Positions 46,433 to 55,860 are shown, counted from the first letter of the stretch. The stretch is 64,000 nt of DNA from Streptosporangiaceae bacterium (GCA_050011895.1 JBEKIF010000013.1:27744-91743), one strand, 5' to 3'. The notes: a model not told the origin generated them from the sequence alone. Translations and numbers: made by a program.

Positions 46433-47743
46433 TTACGCGCGTCCCAGGATCCGCACCGTCCAGCCAGCCGCCCGCCAGAACTTATCGTCGAGCGCGCACC
46501 TCGCGTCGATGATATTGCGCTGTGCGACTACCTTGCCGAGAGCGGCCGGATCGATGGCGCGATAGTCTGCCCACTCGGTGAGGTGCAGGACAACATCGGC
46601 GCCCCCGGCAGCCTCGGTGACCGTCTCGGCGTAGCGGAGGTCTGGCCTGGCCAGGGCGGCGTTGCCGGTGGCCACTGGATCGTGTACCTGCACGATGGCG
46701 CCCTCCCGGGTGAGCTGGTCGCAGACAGCGAGACTCGGCGAGTCCCGCACATCGTCACTGCCGGGCTTGAACGCAACGCCGAGCACCGCCACGCGCTGCC
46801 CGGCCAGCGTGCCCCCGACAACCTCCCGCGCGATGTCAGTGACCCGGGTCCTGCGGCTCAGGTTGATAGCGTCCACCTCGCTCAGGAAGCGATCGACGGA
46901 GCCGACTCCGAGCGCCCGCGCCGTGGCCCGGAATGCACGGATGTCCTTCGGCAGGCAGCCACCGCCGAATCCGAGGCCAGGCGACATGAACCTCCCGCCG
47001 ATGCGCTCGTCGTGCGCCAGCGCCGCGGCCAGCCGGATTACGTCGGCGCCCGACGCCTCGCAGACCTCAGCCATGGCGTTGATGAATGAGATCTTCGTGG
47101 CCAGGAACGAGTTGGCCGCAACCTTGACCAGCTCTGCTGTTTCCAGGTCCATGACCAGGCTAGGGGTTCCGTTGCACAGTGGCATGGCATAGGCGTCCCG
47201 CAGCCGGTCCGCGGACCACGACGACGTGACGCCGAAGACGAGGCGGTCCGGTGACAAGCTGTCCTGCACGGCCGTGCCCTCACGGAGGAATTCAGGGTTC
47301 CAGGCAAGCTCGACTTCGTCGCCGGCTGGTGCGTGCTCCCTGATGCGTGTGGTGAGCAGGCGTGCGGTACCGACCGGGACCGTGGACTTCCCGACTACGA
47401 GGCACTGGCGGCTGAGGTGCGGGGCGAGTGCGTCAACGGCAGCGCACACGTACCGCAGGTCGGCCGACGCATCCGCCGACTGGGGGGTCCCGACGCAGAG
47501 GAAGTGGACCTCCCCGAAGTCGCCCACCTCAGCGTATGAGGTGGTGAAGCGCAGCCGTCCGGCCTCGAGGTTCTTCCGCAGCAGGGGCTCCAGGCCCGGC
47601 TCGAAGAACGGCGCCTCGCCGCTCGCCGCCTTGGCCACCTTGGCCGGGTCAACGTCAAGGGCCAGGACATCGTGACCCAGGTCTGCCATGCAGACCGCAT
47701 GCGTGAGACCCAGGTATCCAATCCCGATCACCGTCAGGCGCAT
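46433..47743 (-). CDS. UDP-glucose 6-dehydrogenase (nucleotide-sugar dehydrogenase family)
   Basis: N-terminal Rossmann MRLTVIGIGYLGLTHAV. The catalytic Cys region is GGGCLPKDIRAF. C-terminal UDP-binding domain. The start is set at Met19 of the track ORF. Confidence 0.8.
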   Translation of the reverse strand: MRLTVIGIGYLGLTHAVCMADLGHDVLALDVDPAKVAKAASGEAPFFEPGLEPLLRKNLEAGRLRFTTSYAEVGDFGEVHFLCVGTPQSADASADLRYVCAAVDALAPHLSRQCLVVGKSTVPVGTARLLTTRIREHAPAGDEVELAWNPEFLREGTAVQDSLSPDRLVFGVTSSWSADRLRDAYAMPLCNGTPSLVMDLETAELVKVAANSFLATKISFINAMAEVCEASGADVIRLAAALAHDERIGGRFMSPGLGFGGGCLPKDIRAFRATARALGVGSVDRFLSEVDAINLSRRTRVTDIAREVVGGTLAGQRVAVLGVAFKPGSDDVRDSPSLAVCDQLTREGAIVQVHDPVATGNAALARPDLRYAETVTEAAGGADVVLHLTEWADYRAIDPAALGKVVAQRNIIDARCALDDKFWRAAGWTVRILGRA

Positions 47744-47781
47744 GCGGGGGAAAGGCAGAGTCATTGCCAGTCTCCTTAATC

Positions 47782-48885
47782 TTAGCTGTTCTGACATGGA
47801 ATGTTAGAAATCTGAGCGCTGGCCCTAGTGACGACATTATTGCAGGCGACTATGGTTTGCAGGTGACGGCTCTGCACGTAGATGCCATAACCAGCGCCAG
47901 GTACCGTTGCCTTGTTGCCCCGGAAGATATTTCCGATACCCCAGCCGGGGTAGACGCGGTGTACCTGAAATCCGTCACCGATGCTTTGCACGCCGGTGTT
48001 ATCCAGTATCTTCCAGTCGTTACCTTTCACGTTGACCCAGGCTGTCGCCGCCGATGCAACCATGCCCGTGCCGTTGAAGGTATTGCCGATTATGGTGCCG
48101 CCGGTCGTCCCTTCCTTGATATCTATATTCTCGGCGGTCGTGTCCGCGATGTTGTTGTCCATAAGGACGTTATAATTACTCGCGTCGGGGCGGCAGCCAG
48201 TGTATCTGCACCAGTTCTTGTGAGCGGAGCCGACGTATATTCCTTCGCCAAAGAACTGCTCGTCTAGTCCCGTGTCGCGCACGATGTTCTGGCTGACGAC
48301 GTTGTAGCTGCTGAAAGATCTGAGGTGAATGGCTTCATCTCCCGTCCCGTGCACGAACAGGCCGTAGATGAGATCGTGCGTGGCGCCGTCAGTCACGACG
48401 CCCTTCTGCCCGCCTTCGACGCTGAAGCCCTCCACCCGCCACCATGATGCCTTGTCGAGGTAGAAGGTGTAGCCATTAGTGATGCTCGTGCCCTTGAGCA
48501 CCGCGCTCCTGGCGCCGCACAAGGTGATGGGGGCGGCGGCGGTACCGGATGCGGTGGCCGCGAAGTCGCCGAGATAGACCCCCGGCGCCAGCAAGATCCT
48601 GGCGCCGGGCTGCGCGCGTGCCAGAGCCACTTGCAGCCCAGCGGCGGTCGATACGTTCGTGACCGCCGCCCCGCTGCCGCAGCGGACCACGTTCCCGCCG
48701 CCCGACCGCGATGCCGCGGTGGCTCCGCCGGGCCCAAGCTCGCTGGCGGACGCGGAATGCGTACCGGACGGGGCCGGCGCACCGGCCGGCGAGGATGTTC
48801 CGGCGCATGCGGCCAGCGCGAGCAGGAGGGACCCGGCCACCGCCGTCTGCGCGGCCACCCTCAAGGCCGCGGCGCGCGCCCTCAT
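47782..48885 (-). CDS. Secreted right-handed parallel beta-helix lipoprotein (polysaccharide lyase/hydrolase-like fold)
   Basis: Lipobox LLLALAACAG. There are many NxxxD/N-rich beta-helix rungs (NVVSQNIVRDTG, NVLMDNNIADTT, GNTFNGTG, NIFRGNKAT). The stop overlaps ugd and the start overlaps the upstream gene. Confidence 0.55.
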   Translation of the reverse strand: MRARAAALRVAAQTAVAGSLLLALAACAGTSSPAGAPAPSGTHSASASELGPGGATAASRSGGGNVVRCGSGAAVTNVSTAAGLQVALARAQPGARILLAPGVYLGDFAATASGTAAAPITLCGARSAVLKGTSITNGYTFYLDKASWWRVEGFSVEGGQKGVVTDGATHDLIYGLFVHGTGDEAIHLRSFSSYNVVSQNIVRDTGLDEQFFGEGIYVGSAHKNWCRYTGCRPDASNYNVLMDNNIADTTAENIDIKEGTTGGTIIGNTFNGTGMVASAATAWVNVKGNDWKILDNTGVQSIGDGFQVHRVYPGWGIGNIFRGNKATVPGAGYGIYVQSRHLQTIVACNNVVTRASAQISNIPCQNS

Positions 48886-51074
48886 GGCCGGTCGGCCACT
48901 CGGGGCAGCGGGCAGGTCGCGTCGATCTGCTCGGCGCTGCCATGCCGTGCCACCCGCGGGTACCCGCCGGCGTCCCGGCCATCAGGCAGGACGTACTCCA
49001 GCCTGCGGTCGTGCGGCACTCCGCCAGCCGGCCCCACCCGTTCGAAGGGCCTGCGGCCATCGGGCACCGTGGCGTCCGGCAACCCGGGATCGTAGAGCGC
49101 GCGGCCGTAAGCACCCGCACCCCTCGGCGAGGCATCGTGATTCCCGGACCATGACGGGCCGTCCGGCCCGCCCTTAGCGGCAGCCACCAGCACGGGAGCC
49201 TGCCTCCCCGGGTCGGCCGCCGGGCCGATCCACTGGGTGCTTTCCGGATAGGGATGCTGTGGCGGGCGGCGGCGGCGCGTCCAAAGCCCGCCAACGATCA
49301 CCAGGAAGACGATGCTCAGCCACAGGATGGCAAGCGGATGGAACTCAAGGTAAGTCAAGAAGGTGCCTTTCTCGTGAGGAGCCCAGTCGGCCGTGTTGCT
49401 TCCGGACAAGGCGGGTGGCACGGCGTCAGCGCGCACGTCCACGGCTCGGTAACCGGTCCCCGAGATCACGTTGTCCTTCCCGGAAACGACCGAGTTCGCT
49501 CCGCGGATCGAGATGCCGAAGACGGTGCCCTGGGTAATAAGGCTGTTGTCCACCTCGACGCTGCCGGAACTGCGCACGACGACCGCGATACGGGCACCTG
49601 AGACGGCGTTCCCTGAGACTAGTGTCGCGGGTGCGGTCGGCCCGATGGAGAGCCCGACCCTGGGGCCGCACCGGACGTCGTTGCCGTTCACGATCGTCTT
49701 GCTGGCTCCGTAGCGGAGCGCGATGCCGGTCTGCTTGGCGCACACCTCGTCCGCCTTGAGCACCGCTGCGGTCCCGCCCTCGACGAGGATGCCCGTCCCC
49801 GCGTTGCCGAGCGCGGCACTGTTCTCGATGCGCGTCCCCGACCCTGGTGCCACGGCGTTCCCGGAGGGGGAGGCGGTGCTGACGAGCGGACGTCCGTCGG
49901 CCACGAAGCCGTTGGCCGCGTTGTGCTGCGACACGTCGTCCTGCAAGACGGTCCCGTTGCTCCCGCGGTCAACGTGGAAGCCGTTCTCGCCGTTGCGCAC
50001 CGCCGAGCTCAAGGTGGCCGACGCGCCGACCGTGCCACGGTGGACGTGGAAGCCATCCAGCTGGTTGGACTCGAACAGGTCGGCCGAGAACCTGACGTCC
50101 TCAGAACGAGTCACGAATGCGCCGTACGTGTTGCCCGTGAAGGTCGTCGAGGTCGCACCGCCGGTGCTGGGGTAGTTGGCCAGTCCGGTCCAGGCGACAC
50201 CGCCGGTCCGGCCGCTCCAGAAGCCGAGAAAGGACGCGCGGACATTGGCGAAGGTCATCCGGCCGGCCACCTCACGGATGTACGGCCTGCCGCGGCCGGT
50301 GTCCTTTGCCGGTGTCATCGTCGCTTCGTCCCAGCCCTCCACAGTCAGGGGGCTGTTACTGGTTCCCCGGAACGCCAGGCTGCCTCGCCAGCCGACGATC
50401 GAGGCGGAGCCGGCCGGCGTGTCGTCAAGGTAGAGCGCCCGCACATCAGACGAGGAGAGTTCGAGGTGCGCCCCGGCAGCGACGAATATGTTGTCCTCCA
50501 GAAGCGCCGCGCCGTGCGGCAGTGGCACCAGCGCCCCGTACTGAATGAGATCAGTGGCGGTGTATGTGGGCGACGGTGCGGTGTCCGTGGCCACGCCGCT
50601 GGATGAGTAAGGCGCTCCAGACGTCAGCACGAGGGTGGGCAGCGAGCCGCCGTATTGGACGACCATGGGCTGGTAGGAGCGGAATGAGTCGTGCAGCATC
50701 GCCCGGAGCCAGTTGTCCTGCGCGCTGACCGCCGCCGCCTCCTGGGATTCGCTCACCCCGGGCAAGGTCGCAGGCGGCTGCCACGGGTCGACCGGCCTTG
50801 CGGCCGGCGGTAGCGGCACGCTGCTGAGTGCACTCGGGGCAGGGAGCAGCCGAATCCCGTCGCTGGACGCGGGCGGCGCGACATTGATCTTCAGGTGCAA
50901 GGCAGACAGGATCGTCGGAAGCCCGCCGAGGCACAAGAAGAAGGCCAGCGCGATCACCACGGTATATCCCCTGCGGCGCACTCCCCGGTCGCGGTCAGGG
51001 TGACGGTTCTTGGCCACGTCAGTTCTCCTATCGCAGCGACGCTGCGGACTGGGCCTCGCCACCGATGAGGTCAC
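48882..51074 (-). CDS. Membrane-anchored parallel beta-helix (NosD/CASH-like) protein with a cytoplasmic Pro-rich tail
   Basis: The N-terminal TM is VVIALAFFLCLGGLPTIL. There is a ~450-aa beta-helix repeat region (GNTYGAFVTRSEDVRF, ENGFHVDRGSNGTVLQDDVSQHNAANGFV, NGNDVRCG, SGNAVSGARIAVVV). The second TM is LAILWLSIVFLVIVGGLW. The C-terminal ~130 aa are Pro/Gly/Asp-rich and low-complexity. Confidence 0.55.
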   Translation of the reverse strand: MTSSVARPSPQRRCDRRTDVAKNRHPDRDRGVRRRGYTVVIALAFFLCLGGLPTILSALHLKINVAPPASSDGIRLLPAPSALSSVPLPPAARPVDPWQPPATLPGVSESQEAAAVSAQDNWLRAMLHDSFRSYQPMVVQYGGSLPTLVLTSGAPYSSSGVATDTAPSPTYTATDLIQYGALVPLPHGAALLEDNIFVAAGAHLELSSSDVRALYLDDTPAGSASIVGWRGSLAFRGTSNSPLTVEGWDEATMTPAKDTGRGRPYIREVAGRMTFANVRASFLGFWSGRTGGVAWTGLANYPSTGGATSTTFTGNTYGAFVTRSEDVRFSADLFESNQLDGFHVHRGTVGASATLSSAVRNGENGFHVDRGSNGTVLQDDVSQHNAANGFVADGRPLVSTASPSGNAVAPGSGTRIENSAALGNAGTGILVEGGTAAVLKADEVCAKQTGIALRYGASKTIVNGNDVRCGPRVGLSIGPTAPATLVSGNAVSGARIAVVVRSSGSVEVDNSLITQGTVFGISIRGANSVVSGKDNVISGTGYRAVDVRADAVPPALSGSNTADWAPHEKGTFLTYLEFHPLAILWLSIVFLVIVGGLWTRRRRPPQHPYPESTQWIGPAADPGRQAPVLVAAAKGGPDGPSWSGNHDASPRGAGAYGRALYDPGLPDATVPDGRRPFERVGPAGGVPHDRRLEYVLPDGRDAGGYPRVARHGSAEQIDATCPLPRVADRP

Positions 51075-52284
51075 TGCGGCGGGTGAGCCAGCCGTGGGTG
51101 TTCATCGTGACGAAGGCGTAGGTCTTGACCGGAAGCGCGACGATGATGGTCATGATCGCGACGAGCGGGAGGACCCAGATGTCACCGGGCCGCTGGAGCA
51201 GATGCGAGATCCCGCGCAAGGCCCGGCCGGCGAGCAGCCACGCAATGGCGATCGCGGTAACGTACAGCTGGGGATGGAGCAGCCAGACTGCGAGATAGGC
51301 CATGGCAAAGCCCATGGTCACCGGTGTGAGAATGATCTGCAGGACGCTGAGCTGGCAGATGAACGGCTGGCGCCAGAGCCAGCCCTTCCACATCGCCGTG
51401 AAATAGCAGCGGTAGGAGTTCCTGCTCCAGCGCAGCCGCTGCTTGAGGAAGGCCCGGCCAGTGTCGGGGAACATCGACAGCGCCCGCGCGGTGGACTGGT
51501 ACACGGTCTTGTAGCCGGACCCGAGGACAAGCCAGGTCAGCCGCCCATCGTCGCCTGCCACGCAGTGGCGGCCCAGGAAGAACTCGTCCTCCAGGTGCTT
51601 CAGCACGGGCAGCACGACGCTGCGGCGATAAGCCACGGTCCGCCCGGACAGGCAGGCGACTGCTCCAGCGCGGGACTGTGCCCGGACATAGTCGAGGTAT
51701 CGGACGTCGATCATCCAGTCGGCGACCCGCCGCCATGCGCTCGTTCTTGGCAGGTAGGCATTCTGCCGGGTGCCGACTCCGCCGACCTTCGGGTCCCTGA
51801 ATGGCGCCAGGACCGCAACGAGGAGCCCTGGCTGCCACATCGTGTCCGAGTCAGCGAGGACCAGGATTTCGGAGCTGGCCCTGCGGATGCCGACGCCGAG
51901 CGCCGAGCGCTTGCCCTGGTGCCGGAATGGGAGGACGGTGAGCCGGGAGTCGGCGCGGGCGCGCTGCTGCAGCAGCTGGATGACCTCGACATCGTCGACG
52001 TCGGGAACGACGATGACTTGCGTCGGATTCTCCGCAAGCCACGAGCGCAGGCAGCGGTCGAGTATGCCCGGGTCCTCGCGGTACGCCGGCACGACCACCG
52101 AAGTCGTGGCGGTGAACCCGGGCGGCACCGGGCGGTACACCCGCGACAGCGTGAACCGCAGGAGCCAGACCGACCAGGAGACGAGGCCGACGAGGCCGAG
52201 CGGGACCAGGTGACGCAGTTGCTGCAGCTGCAAGGTGCTGATCTTCGGCACCGCCAGCGCCGCATGGATGACCTGCGAGTGCAT
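51028..52284 (-). CDS. Processive family-2 glycosyltransferase, hyaluronan-synthase-like (HAS class I / chitin-synthase-like)
   Basis: N-terminal TM helices and DSD (LADSDTMW). Also GDDGRLT (compare HAS GDDRHLT), CLSGRTVAYRRS, the Q-R-L-R-W motif (QRLRWSRNSYR) and 4 C-terminal TM helices. Confidence 0.75.
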   Translation of the reverse strand: MHSQVIHAALAVPKISTLQLQQLRHLVPLGLVGLVSWSVWLLRFTLSRVYRPVPPGFTATTSVVVPAYREDPGILDRCLRSWLAENPTQVIVVPDVDDVEVIQLLQQRARADSRLTVLPFRHQGKRSALGVGIRRASSEILVLADSDTMWQPGLLVAVLAPFRDPKVGGVGTRQNAYLPRTSAWRRVADWMIDVRYLDYVRAQSRAGAVACLSGRTVAYRRSVVLPVLKHLEDEFFLGRHCVAGDDGRLTWLVLGSGYKTVYQSTARALSMFPDTGRAFLKQRLRWSRNSYRCYFTAMWKGWLWRQPFICQLSVLQIILTPVTMGFAMAYLAVWLLHPQLYVTAIAIAWLLAGRALRGISHLLQRPGDIWVLPLVAIMTIIVALPVKTYAFVTMNTHGWLTRRSDLIGGEAQSAASLR

Positions 52285-52439
52285 CCCGTCTCCCCGTTAA
52301 GCGATCATGCCGGTCGGCCGGGTCCTGCTGGCCCCGCCGCCTGACTGGCCCACGATCTGAAGCCCCCACCGGCCCCCGTCTGGGCGGTGGATATCTGTAA
52401 AGAGAGGCGTCGGGGCGATTCCGAACGGCGGACTAAATG

Positions 52440-52525
52440 AACTCCAGGTAAACTCTAGGTAAACGGTAAAGATCACGTTTATTCATTGGTTCAGCCCTTG
52501 AATGCACTGTGTTACCATTCATGAC
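52440..52525 (-). promoter_or_regulatory. AT-rich putative promoter/operator region upstream of the HAS-like GT2 operon
   Basis: Local AT-rich island with direct repeats GTAAAC..GTAAAC..GGTAAAG (52448-52470) and a dyad TGAATG-N11-CATTCA (52498-52520). Confidence 0.35.
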
Positions 52526-52636
52526 AAAGCGTGATTGCCGCGGCTCCGCGCTAGACGGCTCCGCGCTCCCGCGTTCCTGCAGAACACGGCCTCGATAGCG
52601 CTTCCACCGCTCGCGGAGCGGTGGAAGCGGAGCCGC

Positions 52637-53689
52637 TCACGAGTCGCGCCTGGATCCCGCAGCCGGGGATTTGTGCGCTGACCGGTCGGCGGTGCGGCGT
52701 GACGCGATGGTTCCGTTGTGGTCGATGGCGGCGTTCCCGCACCGCCCGGCCCGCTGCGGCGGACGCGATGCTTCCGGCGTCACCTGCTGAGGCGCGCGGA
52801 AGGAGGCGACCAGGCGGGCCACGAGCGTGGCGAGGAAGACCTGCCCAGTTATCGCCTCGATGACGGCGACCGCCTGTCCGCCGCTCTGCGCGGCCGTGAA
52901 GTCGCCGTATCCGAGGGTCGTCAGCGTGGTGAAGCTGAAGTACTGGAAAGTCTGAGTCGTGCCGGGGCGCCCGCCAGCGAAGAACTGGTCGCCGCCGAAA
53001 TGGAACATTCCAGCATAGAAAGCGGCGAACATCAGCCCGAGGATCAGGTAGGCGCTCACTGCGCCGTAGATGCTCTGGAGAGTGACCGTGCCCATTTTAA
53101 GGACGCGCTCGACAATGATCACGACAGTCAGCAGCAGCACCAGGCCGGTCCAGAAATTCGCGATCCCGTCGCCTATCTCGCTGATCCTGCTCAGCGCAAG
53201 CCAAGCGGAGATCGCCGAGCCGACCAGCGCGACGCCGATGACAAGCTGCACAGTCCGTCGCCGAAACCGGGACGCGCGCAAGGTGAGGATCGCCACGGTA
53301 ACAAACAGCACGATCTGGATGAAGTTTACCCAGCCAGCGCTCGTGAACGCTGACAGCAGATAGGTGAAGATCAGCAGCAGGAGCAGAAACCCGTATCGAC
53401 GACGCGGCAGCGGCACGCCAGGGCTGGGGCGTGCCGCGTGCCCCGCCCTGGGTGGCACCGTCGCCGCCTCCTCAAATTCACCCGATGCGCGATGGCCAGG
53501 TCGTGCCTGGCGCATTTCACGCTTCTGTGCGCCAGCGTGAGCGCCTGTGCCCCCGCGCCGCATCACCCCGTGCGGATGACGCGCGGCAGGTAACGACCGC
53601 CGCATCCTTGGCCTGCTGTCGGAGGCAGGTGCGACGACGCGCAGGCATGCAACAGGCGACGAGGAGCTAACTGATGGCTGAGCAGGCAA
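52637..53689 (-). CDS. Potassium channel (TLGYGD selectivity filter) with ~5 TM helices before the pore
   Basis: Pore helix plus filter FSFTTLTTLGYGDF, followed by an inner helix AVAVIEAITGQVFLATLVARLV. Several upstream TM helices are present. The first ~90 residues of the track ORF are Arg/Pro-rich, so the true start is probably downstream of 53689. Confidence 0.65.
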   Translation of the reverse strand: MPAQPSVSSSSPVACLRVVAPASDSRPRMRRSLPAARHPHGVMRRGGTGAHAGAQKREMRQARPGHRASGEFEEAATVPPRAGHAARPSPGVPLPRRRYGFLLLLLIFTYLLSAFTSAGWVNFIQIVLFVTVAILTLRASRFRRRTVQLVIGVALVGSAISAWLALSRISEIGDGIANFWTGLVLLLTVVIIVERVLKMGTVTLQSIYGAVSAYLILGLMFAAFYAGMFHFGGDQFFAGGRPGTTQTFQYFSFTTLTTLGYGDFTAAQSGGQAVAVIEAITGQVFLATLVARLVASFRAPQQVTPEASRPPQRAGRCGNAAIDHNGTIASRRTADRSAHKSPAAGSRRDS

Positions 53690-55860
53690 CCAAGGATCCG
53701 AGTGGGCGCAGCACCCGGGCCGGCACCGGGCGGCGCGAGGCGGCTAAAACGGCACCGCCGCGGCAGGGCGCGGCGCGGCCCGCGAGGCCCGTGGCGGCAC
53801 CAGCGCGACAACGCGCGGCGCGGCGCACCAAACCGGCCAAGCCGGCCAGGCCCAGGCCTCCGGGGACGGGGCAGCGCACGGCAGCGCACGCACCCGCAAA
53901 GCCCGCGGTACGGCGAACCCAGTCGGTCAAGCTCGCAGGCGCAACGACGGCCAAGCCCACGACGGTTACGCGCGCCGGGTCCGCCAAGCCCACGACGGCC
54001 GGGCCCACGACCGCTAGGCCCACGACCGCTAGGCCCACGACCGCTAGGCCCACGACCGTCGGCACGACCGCCAAACGCGCGGTGCGGCGCACTCCAGCCA
54101 AGCCAGCCGCGGCGGGCACGACTGCCGCCAAGCGCCCAGCCCAGCGCACGCCAGCCAAGCCAGCCAAGCCAGCCGCGGCGGGCACGACTGCCGCCAAGCG
54201 CCCAGCCCAGCGCACGCCAGCCAAGCCAGCCAAGCCCGCTGCGGCCGGGACGACGGCCGCCAAGCTCGCCGCCCGGCGCGCGCCCGCTAGCTCGCCCAGG
54301 CCCACGGCGCCCCGGACGACAGGACAGCGCACGGCGCGGCGTACTCAGGCCGCCAAGCCGGGCAAGCCCGCAGCGGCTGCGCGGCGCGGGGTAGCGCCAA
54401 CCGCGGCGGTAGCGGCGGCAGCGGCAGCACAGCCCGCGACGCGCCGGGCCAGGCCCGAGCCCTCGTCACCGCGGCTGAGCCCGGCCGAGCGCGTCGCACG
54501 CGGCAAGGCGGCGCGGGCCGCGGTGCCAAGGGAGGCCCACGCGACGCTCGATCTGCCCGCGGACCGGCCCGATCCGGTCGGCCTGCTCGAAAGCCAGGCG
54601 GCCTCACGGCTGCCTGGCCTGGTGCCGATCCGCTACGGCCGGATGCTCGTCTCCCCGTTCAGCTACTTCCGCGGCGCCGCGTTGCCGATGGCTTCCGACC
54701 TGGCCAGCACCCCATCGTCCGGCATCATCGTGCAGGCCTGCGGGGACGCGCACCTGTCGAACTTCGGATTCTTCGCTTCACCCGAGCGCCGGCTCGTCTT
54801 CGACGTCAATGACTTCGACGAGACGCTGCCTGGGCCTTGGGAATGGGATGTCAAGCGGCTGGCGGCCAGCCTGGAGATAGCCGGACGCGACAGCGGGTTC
54901 TCCGGCACGGAGCGGCGCCAGATCGTGCTGGCCGCGACCGGGAGCTACCGCAAGGCCATGCGGGAGTTCGCCGACATGAGCAACCTGGATGTCTGGTACG
55001 CCAGTGCCGACGTGGACCGGCTACGCGCGAACGTAGATGCGCAGGTGGACAAGCGGCGGCGCAAGATGCTGGCGAAGGGCGTCGCCAAGGCCCAGAACCG
55101 GACCAGCATGCAGGAACTCAGCAAGCTAACCGGCATGGTGGATGGTCGGCCTAAGATCATCGCCGACCCGCCGCTTATCGTCCCGCTGGCCGACCTGCTG
55201 CCAGAGCAGCTGGACGCCAGCGACATCGAGAGTCAGATCCGCGGCCTGATCGTCAACTACTCGCACACGCTCGAATACAGCCGCCGGATCCTGCTCAGGC
55301 AGTTCGAGTTCGCCGATATGGCCCACAAGGTAGTCGGTGTCGGCAGCGTGGGCACCCGGTGCTGGATCGTGCTGACGATGGGGCGCGACGAGACCGATCC
55401 GCTGTTCCTGCAGGTCAAGGAGGCCCAGCCGTCAGTGCTCAGCGCGTTCGCCGGAGCCAGCATATTCAGCAACGAAGGCGAGCGCGTGGTCACCGGCCAG
55501 CGCCTGATGCAGGCGGTCAGCGACATCTTCCTGGGCTGGCAGCGGGTCAACGGCATCGACGGGAAGACGCGCGACTTCTACATCCGTCAGTTGCGGGACT
55601 GGAAGCTGTCCGTTGAGATCGGCGAGCTGGTGCCCAATGGCATGCGCATCTACGGCGAGACCTGCGGCTGGACCCTGGCCCGCGCGCACGCCCGGTCCGG
55701 TGACCGGATCGCGATCGCCGCATACCTGGGCGGCAAGGACATCTTCGACCAGGCCATCGCCGATTTCGCGGCAGCCTACGCGGACCAGAACGAGAGCGAC
55801 TACCGCGCCCTGGCCGCCGCGCGCGAGCATGGCCGGATCATCGCCACGACGAACGTGTGA
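53674..55860 (+). CDS. DUF2252 family protein with a ~270-aa N-terminal Lys/Ala/Pro/Thr-rich histone-H1-like repeat extension
   Basis: The C-terminal 450 aa match the DUF2252 pattern (RGKAARAAVPREAHA..DRPDPVGLLE..PIRYGRMLVSPFSYFRGAA..CGDAHLSNFG..FDVNDFDETLPGPWEWDVKRL). The N-terminus has PTTARPTTARPTTARPTT and two copies of a 22-aa repeat (KRPAQRTPAKPAKPAAAGTTAA), each encoded by a 66-bp DNA repeat (~54112-54243). Confidence 0.65.
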   Translation: MAEQATKDPSGRSTRAGTGRREAAKTAPPRQGAARPARPVAAPARQRAARRTKPAKPARPRPPGTGQRTAAHAPAKPAVRRTQSVKLAGATTAKPTTVTRAGSAKPTTAGPTTARPTTARPTTARPTTVGTTAKRAVRRTPAKPAAAGTTAAKRPAQRTPAKPAKPAAAGTTAAKRPAQRTPAKPAKPAAAGTTAAKLAARRAPASSPRPTAPRTTGQRTARRTQAAKPGKPAAAARRGVAPTAAVAAAAAAQPATRRARPEPSSPRLSPAERVARGKAARAAVPREAHATLDLPADRPDPVGLLESQAASRLPGLVPIRYGRMLVSPFSYFRGAALPMASDLASTPSSGIIVQACGDAHLSNFGFFASPERRLVFDVNDFDETLPGPWEWDVKRLAASLEIAGRDSGFSGTERRQIVLAATGSYRKAMREFADMSNLDVWYASADVDRLRANVDAQVDKRRRKMLAKGVAKAQNRTSMQELSKLTGMVDGRPKIIADPPLIVPLADLLPEQLDASDIESQIRGLIVNYSHTLEYSRRILLRQFEFADMAHKVVGVGSVGTRCWIVLTMGRDETDPLFLQVKEAQPSVLSAFAGASIFSNEGERVVTGQRLMQAVSDIFLGWQRVNGIDGKTRDFYIRQLRDWKLSVEIGELVPNGMRIYGETCGWTLARAHARSGDRIAIAAYLGGKDIFDQAIADFAAAYADQNESDYRALAAAREHGRIIATTNV

